Assembly (NCBI GenBank): GCA_963727445.1
Contig: CAVSGI010000006.1
Coordinates: 288,001-352,000 of the forward strand
Length of the DNA stretch: 64,000 nucleotides
From: an uncultured delta proteobacterium
Lineage (GTDB): Bacteria; Myxococcota_A; Polyangia; Polyangiales; B10-G4
Direction of reading: 5' to 3'
Under the pieces are notes generated by a model, which had not been told where the DNA came from, did not search any database, and worked only from the letters and a program-made list of their open reading frames with translations. How positions within the stretch are numbered: the stretch's first letter is position 1; each line of letters opens with the position of its first letter. Positions 19,325-28,718 of the stretch are shown here, one piece after another. The position numbers and the translations under genes were made by a program.

Positions 19325-20724
19325 TGGACTCCATGCTCATCCTGGTCGTATCCACGTTGCTCAAGATCGGCTTCGCGCTGATCATCATCCTGACCTTCGC
19401 GCCGGTCCTGATCTGGGCGGAGCGCCGGCAGAGCGCGATGATGCAGGACCGCATCGGTCCGACGCGCGCCGGGCTCCGGATCCCGGACCGCTTCGTGCCC
19501 TTCGGGCGCAACGCGCTGACCACGGGCTCTGCGGTGCACATGATGCTCGCCGGCGGTCTGGCGCTCTTGGCGGTCGTGCTCGCCGGGGAGGCCGGCTACA
19601 GCCTCTATCAGGGCGGCGACTTCGTGATCCCCGGCGGCCTCGGTGGGACGGAGACCGACCCCACCCTCAGCTGGAACGCGGTCCTGTGGCTCTCGGTGCT
19701 CCTGGCCCCGCTCAGCTACGGCCTCAGCCGGATCCTCGCCTACGCGGGGCGCACCTTCGACGGGAACATCACGCTCCTGGGGCTGCTCCACCCGCTGGCC
19801 GACGCGCTGAAGTTCGTCTGGAAGGAGGACTTCGTCCCTCCGAAGGCGGACAAGCTCCTCTTCTCCCTCGCGCCGATCCTGACGGTGGTGACCGCCATCG
19901 CGACCTTCGCGGTGATCCCCTTCGCAGACACGCTCTATCTCGACTGGGCGGGCGACGTCCTTCCGGCGAGCGGGGTGATCAGCGGGCCGCAGGTGCCGAT
20001 GCAGGTCGCCTCGGTGAACGTCGGGATCCTCTTCGTCTTCGCCATCGCCGGCACTGGCGTGGTGGGCGCCGCCATCGCCGGCTACGCGAGCGACAACAAG
20101 TACGCGTTGCTCGGCGGTCTCCGCGCGGCCGGCCAGATGGTGAGCTACGAGGTGACCCTCGGCCTGACCATCGTGCCGATGTTCATGGTCTACAACACGC
20201 TCCTTCTCGAGAACATGGTGCGCTGGCAGGCCGAGAACGTCTGGGGGATCTTCGTCAACCCGCTGGCGTTCATCCTCTTTCTGACCTGCTCCATCGCCGA
20301 GACGAAGCGCATCCCCTTCGACGTGCCCGAGGGTGAGTCGGAGCTCGCCGCCGGCTACTGCGTCGAGTACTCGGGCATGAAGTTCGGCATGTTCTTCATG
20401 GCGGAGTTCGTCGAGGTGATCGTGCTGTCGGCGATCGCGTCGGCGCTCTTCTTCGGCGGCTACGACGTGCCGTTCTTGACCCGGAGCGGCTTCGAGCTCT
20501 TCGGATACGTCGCGGAGATCCCGCACTGGGTGGTGATCGTCATCCAGATGCTCTCCTTCACCGTGAAGGTGGCGCTCTTCATCTGGTTCCAGCTGATGAT
20601 CCGCTGGACGCTGCCGCGTTTCCGCTACGACCAGATCATGAGCCTGTGCTGGAAGATCATCCTGCCCGCGTCGCTGGTCAGCATCATGGTGACGGGCATG
20701 GTTCTACTGATGGTGGGAGGCTGA
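19324..20724 (+). CDS. nuoH: NADH-quinone oxidoreductase subunit H
   Basis: ERRQSAMMQDRIGP, HPLADALK, KYALLGGLRAAGQMVSYE, AETKRIPFDVPEGESEL, PRFRYDQ. Confidence 0.95.
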   Translation: MDSMLILVVSTLLKIGFALIIILTFAPVLIWAERRQSAMMQDRIGPTRAGLRIPDRFVPFGRNALTTGSAVHMMLAGGLALLAVVLAGEAGYSLYQGGDFVIPGGLGGTETDPTLSWNAVLWLSVLLAPLSYGLSRILAYAGRTFDGNITLLGLLHPLADALKFVWKEDFVPPKADKLLFSLAPILTVVTAIATFAVIPFADTLYLDWAGDVLPASGVISGPQVPMQVASVNVGILFVFAIAGTGVVGAAIAGYASDNKYALLGGLRAAGQMVSYEVTLGLTIVPMFMVYNTLLLENMVRWQAENVWGIFVNPLAFILFLTCSIAETKRIPFDVPEGESELAAGYCVEYSGMKFGMFFMAEFVEVIVLSAIASALFFGGYDVPFLTRSGFELFGYVAEIPHWVVIVIQMLSFTVKVALFIWFQLMIRWTLPRFRYDQIMSLCWKIILPASLVSIMVTGMVLLMVGG

Positions 20725-20725
20725 G

Positions 20726-21304
20726 ATGGCCAAGCTGGTTGCGCGTCCGAACAAGACGATTTCCGAGCAGGCCTACGTCCCCGAGGTGGCCAAGGGCCTC
20801 GGCGTGACGATTCGTCGCTTCTTCAAGAACACGTTCACCGAAGACAGCGAGATCGACACCATCAAGTACCCGGAGGAGCAGCGCGTCTACCCCGAGCGCT
20901 TCCGGGGGATCCATCGCCTCACCCATCGCATCGACGGATCGCCGCGCTGCGTCGCGTGTCTGTGCTGTTCGACGGCGTGCCCGGCGCAGTGCATCTACAT
21001 CGAGCCGGCGGAGTATCAGCCCGAGGACCCGCGCTACGGCTACGAGCGCTACCCGGAGGCCTTCGTCATCGACGAGCTCCGCTGCATCTTCTGCGGCTAC
21101 TGCGTCGAGGCGTGCCCCTGCGACGCCATTCGCATGGACACCGGCATGCACATGCCCCCGTCGACCAGGCGCGAGCACTTCATCTACGACAAGGACACGC
21201 TGATGAGCCTGCCTGGTCGCGATGGAAGCTACGAGACCGCGAACCCGCGCCACGAGCCGGGTGACCCGACCCATCCCGGCGTCGACCGGTTGAAGGGACA
21301 CTGA
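20726..21304 (+). CDS. nuoI: NADH-quinone oxidoreductase subunit I
   Basis: YPEE...RFRGIH; two ferredoxin motifs CVACLCCSTACP and CIFCGYCVEACP. Confidence 0.95.
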   Translation: MAKLVARPNKTISEQAYVPEVAKGLGVTIRRFFKNTFTEDSEIDTIKYPEEQRVYPERFRGIHRLTHRIDGSPRCVACLCCSTACPAQCIYIEPAEYQPEDPRYGYERYPEAFVIDELRCIFCGYCVEACPCDAIRMDTGMHMPPSTRREHFIYDKDTLMSLPGRDGSYETANPRHEPGDPTHPGVDRLKGH

Positions 21305-21411
21305 GCGCGCGCGGCAAGGGCCGCCGCCGTGCAGAACGATCTGCGCTCCCCCTGTCACCCGGGCGCGACAGTTTTACCGACGCTTGCCCGTAATCACACG
21401 GGTTTTGCTCG

Positions 21412-21426
21412 TGGAATGGAGGTTGC
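21412..21426 (+). promoter_or_regulatory. Putative sigma54 (-24/-12) promoter of the kinase gene
   Basis: TGGAATGGAGGTTGC = GG-N10-GC with TTGC, 28 nt before ATG 21455. Confidence 0.5.
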
Positions 21427-21454
21427 GAAGGGGGAAGGTGGAGGTTGTTTCGAG

Positions 21455-22858
21455 ATGTTCCCGTCACCCCGCGTCCCCACCACGATCGGCGCGTACCGGA
21501 TCATCGAGGAGCTGGGCGCAGGAGGGATGGCAGAGCTCTACGTGGCGGAGCCGCTGGGCGGCGGGCGGCGCGTGGCGCTCAAGACCATCCGCCGCCACCT
21601 CCGCGACACCCCACGCTATGTCGAGATGTTCCTGGATGAGGCGCGGGTCCTGGGCTGCATCGACCATCCGAACGTGGTCTCGGTCGACGCCCTCGAGCGG
21701 GACGGCGACGACTACTTCATGGTGATGGAGTACGTGGACGGCGTAAGCCTCGGAACGCTGATGGACCGCGCGTCTCGTTCGGGCATCCCGGTCGACGTGG
21801 AGATCGCGGTGCGCATCGCGGCGAAAGCCCTCGACGGTCTCGAGGCTGCGCACGCCGCGATCGGGCTCGAAGGCCGGCCCCTCGACATCGTCCATCGCGA
21901 CATCAGCCCGCAGAACATCCTCGTGGGCCGCGACGGTCGGGTGAAGGTGATCGACTTCGGGATCGCCAAGGCGCGGGGGCGGCTGCACGAGACCAAGAAC
22001 GGGAAGATCAAAGGCAAGCTCCGTTACATGTCGCCGGAGCACTGCGGCGGCGCGCCCGTCGATCACCGTTCGGACATCTACGCGCTCGCGGTCGTCCTCT
22101 GGGAGATGCTCACCCTCCGTCCCTACTTCGACGGCGACAACGAGCTCGCGATCATCCGGCAGGTGCGCCGCCCGACCTTTCGCTCCATCTCCGCGTGGAA
22201 TCCGCGCGTGCCGCGGGAGCTCGAAGCGGTGATCCGCAGGGCCATGCATCCCGAGCCCGAGAGCCGCTTCCAGTCCGCGCGCGAGCTCGCGAGCGCGCTC
22301 CTCGATGCCTGCCCCCCCGCCCGGTCCGTCGGGCCCGCCCACGTGGCCGCGTTCATCTCGCGCCTCCTGGGTGCACAGATGCAGCCCGACGTCTTCGCTG
22401 ATGCCACCGGCCACGATGCCCGCTTCCGCGCCGCGGTCGGCTACACCTTCCACGTGGTGGTCCCCGCTGGTGGTCACGAAGAGGCATCCCCCGAGACGAA
22501 GATCCTCGACGGCACCGAGCGCCGCGCCGCAGCACCGCGCGCGAGCTACGGCTTCATGCGCCAAAGGCCGCGGGCGATGAATGGTCTGGCGCGGCTCTTC
22601 GCGGCAGCGATGATCGTGTTCTTCCTGAGCGGCGTGATGGGGGTCGCGATGGGGCACGCGCTCGCGGCCCGCCCCCTCGCGGCACCGAGCGCCAAGCTCT
22701 CGCTCTCCACGTGGCACCGAGGCTCCTCGATCGTGGCCAGGGAAAAGGCCACTGATCTGGATGGCCAAGGTGGGGCCGCACCCGAGAACGTGAGCCGCTA
22801 CGTGGGCGACTCGGGAGCGGGTAGCACGCCGCGCGAGGCCTGCGTGCCCACCACGTGA
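21455..22858 (+). CDS. Ser/Thr protein kinase with a C-terminal TM segment
   Basis: LGAGGMAELY, VALK, VHRDISPQN, DFGIAK, YMSPE. Confidence 0.92.
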   Translation: MFPSPRVPTTIGAYRIIEELGAGGMAELYVAEPLGGGRRVALKTIRRHLRDTPRYVEMFLDEARVLGCIDHPNVVSVDALERDGDDYFMVMEYVDGVSLGTLMDRASRSGIPVDVEIAVRIAAKALDGLEAAHAAIGLEGRPLDIVHRDISPQNILVGRDGRVKVIDFGIAKARGRLHETKNGKIKGKLRYMSPEHCGGAPVDHRSDIYALAVVLWEMLTLRPYFDGDNELAIIRQVRRPTFRSISAWNPRVPRELEAVIRRAMHPEPESRFQSARELASALLDACPPARSVGPAHVAAFISRLLGAQMQPDVFADATGHDARFRAAVGYTFHVVVPAGGHEEASPETKILDGTERRAAAPRASYGFMRQRPRAMNGLARLFAAAMIVFFLSGVMGVAMGHALAARPLAAPSAKLSLSTWHRGSSIVAREKATDLDGQGGAAPENVSRYVGDSGAGSTPREACVPTT

Positions 22859-22903
22859 AAAGGGCTTGCGCAGCACCGGAGAAGCGCGAATCTAGCGCTC
22901 CTC

Positions 22904-23896
22904 ATGACTGACGCGTCATCGACATCTCCGCTCCTCGCCATGCGGCGCAGGGCCGTGACCCGGACCATCGAAGCGGTCCTGCGCACCGTCAGCGGATCGA
23001 TGAAGCTCCATCCCGCGGCCAACCCCGAGCGGCACGGGATCGAGGTGATCGAGAACCTGAGCTACGGCCCTCATGGAGAGGCGAACGCCCTCGACATCTA
23101 CCGCCCTCACTTCGGTGAGCGTCCGCTCCCGGTGGTGCTCTATCTCCACGGCGGCGGCTTCAGCATCCTGAGCAAGGACACCCACTGGATGATGGGCCTC
23201 GGCTTTGCGCGGGGCGGCTACCTGGTGATCAATGCGAACTACCGCCTCGCTCCCGCGCACACCTATCCCGCGGCGGTCGAAGACGCGGCCCGCGCGCTCG
23301 AGTGGGTGTGGGACCACGCGTCCGAGTACGGCGGAGACCCGGAGCGGGTGATCGTCGCCGGTGAGAGCGCGGGCGGGAACCTCGCGACGGCGCTCACCAT
23401 CGCGTGCACCTTCGAGCGTCCCGAGCCGTTTGCCCAACGGCTCTTCGCGCGAGGGAGGGTCCCCGTGGCGGCGGTGCCCCTCTGCTCCATGCTCGAGGTC
23501 TCGCACGCCGAGAGATATCTGCGAGACGAGAGCCTTCCCGTCTACGTGCGCGATCGGCTCCATCAAATCTGCAACAACTACCTCGGCCCCTACACGAACC
23601 GGAGCCTCGACGAGCGCGGCCTCGCCGATCCCCTTCGGATCCTGGAGAGCGACGCGCAGCCCGTGCGCCCGCTGCCACCGTTCTACGCATCTTGTGGCGA
23701 CGAGGACCCGATCCTCGACGACACCAAGCGCCTCGACGCGGCGCTCGACGCGCGCAAGATCAAGCACCGCGTCGCGTACTACTGGGGCCAGGGGCACGCG
23801 TTTCAGGCTTTCGTGTTCAAGCCCAGCGCACGGCACGCGATGAGCTCCTGCCTCTCCTTCTTGGCCGACGTGGTGCCGCCCGCCGCGTCCGCGTAG
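22904..23896 (+). CDS. Alpha/beta hydrolase (HSL-family esterase/lipase)
   Basis: YLHGGGF, NYRLAP, GESAGG, HAF. Confidence 0.9.
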   Translation: MTDASSTSPLLAMRRRAVTRTIEAVLRTVSGSMKLHPAANPERHGIEVIENLSYGPHGEANALDIYRPHFGERPLPVVLYLHGGGFSILSKDTHWMMGLGFARGGYLVINANYRLAPAHTYPAAVEDAARALEWVWDHASEYGGDPERVIVAGESAGGNLATALTIACTFERPEPFAQRLFARGRVPVAAVPLCSMLEVSHAERYLRDESLPVYVRDRLHQICNNYLGPYTNRSLDERGLADPLRILESDAQPVRPLPPFYASCGDEDPILDDTKRLDAALDARKIKHRVAYYWGQGHAFQAFVFKPSARHAMSSCLSFLADVVPPAASA

Positions 23897-23962
23897 ACGG
23901 CGTTCCACGTCGCATCAGACCGCCAACCCGCGCCCTACAGTCCCTGCTACATTCTCGACGCC

Positions 23963-25444
23963 ATGCCCGAGCTCGTCGCCGCCGTGGATCTCGGATCCAA
24001 CTCGTTCCACATGTTGGTGGCGCGGGTCGTGGACGGCGAGGTCCAGGTCGTCGACCGCCTCAAAGAACGCGTGGCGCTCGCGGAGGGCCTGGGCGAGGAC
24101 AAGACGCTCAGCGAAGAAGCTCAACAGCGCGCCCTCGATTGCCTCGAGCGTTTCGGGCAGCGGCTCGAGCACATGACCTCCGACAGCGTCCGCGCGGTGG
24201 GCACCAACACCCTGCGCGCGGCGAAGAACGCACGACGCTTCGTGGAGCAGGCCGAGGCGGCGCTGGGGCATCGGATCGAGGTCATCAGCGGCCGCGAAGA
24301 GGCGCGGCTCGTCTACCTCGGCGTCGCCAACACCCTGAGCCGCCCCGAGGGCCGGCGCCTGGTCGTGGACATCGGCGGCGGCAGCACCGAGTGCATCATC
24401 GGCGAAACCTTCGAGCCCCGCCTCGCCGACAGCCTCTACATGGGCCACATCACGTGGACCAAGCGCTACTTCGAGGACGGCCGGATCACGGCCGCGGCGA
24501 TGGCCGACGCGCGCACCGCCGCTGCGCTCGAGGCGGAGTCGATCCAACAGGAGTACCGGAAGATGGGATGGGAGGAGGCGGTCGGCGCCTCGGGCACCAT
24601 CCTCGCCATCGACGCCGTCGTTCGCACCAACGGGTGGGGCGACACCATCACCCCCAAGGCGCTCAAGCGGATGCGCAAGGCGCTGATCGCCGCGGGGCAC
24701 GCCAACAAGCTCGACCTCGAGGGCTTGCAGGAAGCGCGCAAGCCGGTGATCGCCGGGGGCCTGGCGATCCTGAGCGCCGTCTTCGACATCCTGGGTATCG
24801 AGTCCATGACGCCGAGCGAAGGGGCCGTCCGCGAGGGTGTCGTCTACGACATGGTCGGCCGGATGAGCCACCGCGACGTCCGCGAGGGCACGGTGCGGCA
24901 GCTCGAGGAGCGCTACAACGTCGATCGCGATCAGGCGGCCCGCATCGAGCGGACGGCGATGAGCCTCCTCGATGACGCGGCCGACGATCTCGAGCTCGAT
25001 GTCGACTGGGCGCGCGACTATCTGCGCTGGGCGTCACGCCTGCACGAGATCGGCGTGTCCCTGAGCTACTCCGGCTATCACAAGCACGGCGGTTACATCT
25101 TAGAGCACACCGACATGCCCGGCTTCAGCCGCGACGCGCAACAGGTGCTGGCGCGCATGGTCACGAGTCACAGGCGCAAGCTGCGCGTCAGCCGCTTCGA
25201 AGACCTCCCCACCGAGGTCGCGGTGCCCGCCGTTCGGCTGACGATCCTGCTTCGGCTCGCGGTGCGCATGAACCGCGGGCGCAGCGACGCCGCCGTTCCC
25301 AAGGTCCACCTCGCGGTCGAGGGCGAGCATTTCTCACTCCGCTTCCCCGCCGGGTGGCTCGACGACAACCCCCTGACCCGTGCCGACCTCGAACGCGAGC
25401 AGGCGCGCCTCGAGGCGGCGGGGTACTCGCTCAGCTTCGCCTGA
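23963..25444 (+). CDS. ppx: Exopolyphosphatase Ppx/GppA
   Basis: VDLGSNSFH, SGREEARL, DIGGGSTE, REG, LHEIG...YHKHG. Confidence 0.93.
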   Translation: MPELVAAVDLGSNSFHMLVARVVDGEVQVVDRLKERVALAEGLGEDKTLSEEAQQRALDCLERFGQRLEHMTSDSVRAVGTNTLRAAKNARRFVEQAEAALGHRIEVISGREEARLVYLGVANTLSRPEGRRLVVDIGGGSTECIIGETFEPRLADSLYMGHITWTKRYFEDGRITAAAMADARTAAALEAESIQQEYRKMGWEEAVGASGTILAIDAVVRTNGWGDTITPKALKRMRKALIAAGHANKLDLEGLQEARKPVIAGGLAILSAVFDILGIESMTPSEGAVREGVVYDMVGRMSHRDVREGTVRQLEERYNVDRDQAARIERTAMSLLDDAADDLELDVDWARDYLRWASRLHEIGVSLSYSGYHKHGGYILEHTDMPGFSRDAQQVLARMVTSHRRKLRVSRFEDLPTEVAVPAVRLTILLRLAVRMNRGRSDAAVPKVHLAVEGEHFSLRFPAGWLDDNPLTRADLEREQARLEAAGYSLSFA

Positions 25445-25452
25445 GCCCGGCT

Positions 25453-25884
25453 TCAGTCCTCTGTGCGCACGCGGCCGCGGGATTGCTTGAGCTTGGAGCG
25501 GCGCCGCTTCGCGTCCATGCGGCGCCGCTTCGACGCGCGCGTCGGCTTGGTCTTCTTGCGCCGCTTGGGCGGGTCGAGGGAGGCGAGGACCAGCGCCTTC
25601 AAACGCTCCCGCGCGTCTTCGAGATTCATCTTCTGATCGCGGGTGGCCTGGCTGACGATGATCACCCGACCCTCGGAGTCGAGGCGGACACCGGGTTGGG
25701 CGCGCACCCGGCTCTTCTGCGCGGCGGTCAGGGCCCTCGTTCCGTCGAGGTCGAAGCGCAGGTCGACCTTGGACGAGACCTTGTTCACGTTCTGGCCGCC
25801 CGGACCGGAGGCGCGCGCAGCGGACCAGCTCAAGGACTCCGCCTCGAGCCGCACCTTGCCACGGATATGCAGGTCGTCTGCCAC
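25453..25884 (-). CDS. arfB: Alternative ribosome rescue factor B
   Basis: RASGPGGQNVNKVSSKV, basic tail RKKTKPTRASKRRR. Confidence 0.93.
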   Translation of the reverse strand: MADDLHIRGKVRLEAESLSWSAARASGPGGQNVNKVSSKVDLRFDLDGTRALTAAQKSRVRAQPGVRLDSEGRVIIVSQATRDQKMNLEDARERLKALVLASLDPPKRRKKTKPTRASKRRRMDAKRRRSKLKQSRGRVRTED

Positions 25885-25961
25885 GGCGCCACCATAACGC
25901 GACAATCGAGCTCCGCATCCTCCATCGCGGCGAAGCGGCGTCTCGTCTATGCTTCGCGCCG

Positions 25962-27146
25962 ATGGCCGACGAAAAGCGCTCTCAGCTCACCACGGCGGTT
26001 CATGGCGGCGAGCCCCGACACCACCCTTACGACGCGCTGGCGGCGCCCATCGTCCAGACGGCGACCTACACCTTCGAGAACACCGCGGCGCTCGTCGCCT
26101 ACATGGAAGGTCGCTCCGAGCGCGAGGAATACGGGCGTTACGGCAATCCCACCGTGCGCCTGGTCGAGGAGAAGGTCGCGGCCCTCGAGGGCGTGGAGGA
26201 CGCGGCCGCCTTCGGCTCGGGAATGGCCGCGCTCACCACCACCATCCTCGCCTTCACCAAGTCCGGCTCGCACGTGGTGCTCTTCTCGGACTGCTACCGC
26301 CGGACCCGTCAGTTCGTCACCGGCGTCCTCGATCGCTTCGGTGTCACCCACACCCTGGTTCCGCCGGGAGACCTCGGCGCGCTCGACGAGGCCATCACCG
26401 AACAGACGCGCCTGGTGGTGAGCGAAGCGCCCACCAACCCGTACCAGCACGTCGTCGACCTGGATCGCCTCGCCGAGATCTGCCGCGCACACAAGACCAA
26501 GTCCCTGGTCGACAGCACTTTCGCCACGCCGATGAACCTCCGGCCCGCGGAGCACGGTATCGACCTCGTCGTGCACAGCGCCACCAAGTATCTCGGAGGG
26601 CACAACGACGTGCTCGGTGGCGTGGTCGCCGGCAGCCGGGCCATGGTCTCGCTGGTTCGGGATCTGAGGCACGTGCTCGGCGGCATCCTCGACGCACACG
26701 CCGCCTATCTGCTGCACCGCGGCCTCAAGACGCTGGCACTGCGCGTGGCTCATCAGAACGAGTCCGCCGCCAAGATCGCCGAAGCGCTCGAGCTCCATCC
26801 GCGCGTGACGCGCGTCTACTATCCGGGCCTTCCCTCGCACCCCGACCACGAGATCGCGGGGCGACTCATGGACGGCTTCGGCGGTGTGGTGAGCTTCGAG
26901 CTCGAGGGCGATCTCGCATCGGTGGGTCGCTTCGTCGACAGCTGTACCATCCCGCGCATCGGTCCGAGCCTGGGCGGTGTGGAGTCACTGATCGAGCAGC
27001 CGGCGGTGATGAGCTACTACGAGCTGGGGAGTGAAGGGCGCAAGGCGGTCGGCATCTCCGACACGCTGGTGCGTCTGGCGGTGGGCCTCGAGGATCCCGA
27101 CGAGCTCGCGGCGGACCTGCTCGGCGCCCTCGATCGCAGCATCTGA
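25962..27146 (+). CDS. metB: Cystathionine gamma-synthase / Cys-Met metabolism PLP enzyme
   Basis: YGRYGNPT, FGSGMAA, EAPTNP, DSTFATP, HSATKYLGGHND, SLGGVESL. Confidence 0.85.
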   Translation: MADEKRSQLTTAVHGGEPRHHPYDALAAPIVQTATYTFENTAALVAYMEGRSEREEYGRYGNPTVRLVEEKVAALEGVEDAAAFGSGMAALTTTILAFTKSGSHVVLFSDCYRRTRQFVTGVLDRFGVTHTLVPPGDLGALDEAITEQTRLVVSEAPTNPYQHVVDLDRLAEICRAHKTKSLVDSTFATPMNLRPAEHGIDLVVHSATKYLGGHNDVLGGVVAGSRAMVSLVRDLRHVLGGILDAHAAYLLHRGLKTLALRVAHQNESAAKIAEALELHPRVTRVYYPGLPSHPDHEIAGRLMDGFGGVVSFELEGDLASVGRFVDSCTIPRIGPSLGGVESLIEQPAVMSYYELGSEGRKAVGISDTLVRLAVGLEDPDELAADLLGALDRSI

Positions 27147-27234
27147 CCGCTCGTCCCGCGTCCGCGACCGTTCGCCCCATCGGCCCGAGAAAACACGCCC
27201 CTTCACGCGTTTCTTAGCGTGAAGGAGGCGCGAG

Positions 27235-28020
27235 ATGACCGAATGGAAGGCATGGCGAGCACATTTTGAAGAGAGCGCGACGCGACCGCGGCCGGTGATC
27301 GACTCGGCGGAAGGGATCCCCGAAGAGGCGCGTGCGGCGGTGGCCGCTGCGATGGCGCGCTTTCAACTCGGCGAGACGGGGGAGGGCCGAATCGCCCACG
27401 AGATCGACCGCGTGCATCTGCGTACCATCGACGACGACTACCGGGCTGCGCTCAAGCTCTTCGTCGCCGAGGAAGGCCGGCACGCGCGTATTCTGGGTGA
27501 CGCCGTGCGCGCGCTGGGTGGGCGCCGCGTCGACAAGAGCGCGAGTCAGAGCGCGTTCACCCACGGGCGGCGCCTCTTGGGCGTGCGGACCAAGCTGCTC
27601 GCGCTGCTGACGGCGGAGGTGGTGGGGATCGGTTTCTACGAGACGGCCGCCTCCCGCCTCGGCGACGGTCCCCTTCGTGCGGCCCTCACCCAGATCGCAG
27701 GCGACGAGGAGGCGCATCTTCGGTTTCACGCGCGCTTCTTTCGGGACGAGGTGCGAGGCGGCGGCCTCGCGGCGAAGCTCGCCTTTCGCGCCTCGTGGTG
27801 GCCGCTGGTGATGGGCGCGACCACGGCGCTCTTGCGGATCGAGCGCGAGACCCTCGCGGCCCTCGGCGTCGCGCCGTCCGAGCTCGGGCGCCGCTATCTG
27901 CGCCTCGCCGCCCGCGTCAATCGCGCGGTCGTCGGCGACGAAGCGGCGGTGGTCGTCGCGCTCTCTGCCTCCGAGCCCTACCGCAGCCCGAGCCGCTTGC
28001 GCAGCTTGCGCGCCGCCTGA
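27235..28020 (+). CDS. Ferritin-like domain protein
   Basis: RFQLGETGEG, EEGRH and DEEAH (two ExxH), AEVVGIGFY; GGAGG RBS. Confidence 0.75.
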   Translation: MTEWKAWRAHFEESATRPRPVIDSAEGIPEEARAAVAAAMARFQLGETGEGRIAHEIDRVHLRTIDDDYRAALKLFVAEEGRHARILGDAVRALGGRRVDKSASQSAFTHGRRLLGVRTKLLALLTAEVVGIGFYETAASRLGDGPLRAALTQIAGDEEAHLRFHARFFRDEVRGGGLAAKLAFRASWWPLVMGATTALLRIERETLAALGVAPSELGRRYLRLAARVNRAVVGDEAAVVVALSASEPYRSPSRLRSLRAA

Positions 28021-28718
28021 CGCGAGATCTCGACCTGGTCGCCGCCATCGGTCACGGCCACGTAGCCGCCCGTCGGCTGGTCGACCAGGCGATCGATGCG
28101 CGCGAGGTTGATCAACGCGCGCCGATGCACGCGCTCGAAGGCGCTCACCGGGAGCTTCGACTCGAGGTCGGTCAGGGTGAGCTCGGTGAGGAGCGCTTCG
28201 CCCGCGTAGTACACGGTGACAAGCGAGCCGTCGAAGACGGCGTGGGTGATCTGGGTCGGGTCGAGGAGGCGCGCTCCATCGCGGGTGGGGAGGGCCAGAC
28301 GCGGCAGGTCGTCGCTCACCCCGCGGGTCTGTGGGCCCCCATCGGCGCGCGGCCGGTCCGCCGCACGCGCGCGGTCGAGGGCCTTCTTGAGCCGCCCCGC
28401 CTCGATCGGCTTGAGCACGTAGTCCACCGCGCCGACGTCGAAGGCCTCGAGGGCGTGCTCCGGATGGGCGGTGGTGAAGATCACGTAGGGCCCGTCGTCG
28501 GCGATCAGCGCCTTGGTCTCGAGGCCGGTGAGGCCGGGCATGTGGATGTCGAGGAGCAGCACGTCGACCTCGTCGTGGGCGTCGAGCGCCGCGAGCACCT
28601 CTTTGCCGTCGGTGCACTCGACGACGATGTTCACGTCGGAGAAGGCCGAGAGCAGACGACGCAGGCGCTTTCGTGCGACGAGCTCGTCGTCGGCCAGGAT
28701 CACGTTCAGCGTGCTCAC
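27978..28718 (-). CDS. LytTR-family response regulator
   Basis: ADDE, LDIHMPGLTG, FTTAH, VDYVLKP, FERVHRRALIN. Confidence 0.92.
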   Translation of the reverse strand: MSTLNVILADDELVARKRLRRLLSAFSDVNIVVECTDGKEVLAALDAHDEVDVLLLDIHMPGLTGLETKALIADDGPYVIFTTAHPEHALEAFDVGAVDYVLKPIEAGRLKKALDRARAADRPRADGGPQTRGVSDDLPRLALPTRDGARLLDPTQITHAVFDGSLVTVYYAGEALLTELTLTDLESKLPVSAFERVHRRALINLARIDRLVDQPTGGYVAVTDGGDQVEISRQAARKLRKRLGLR

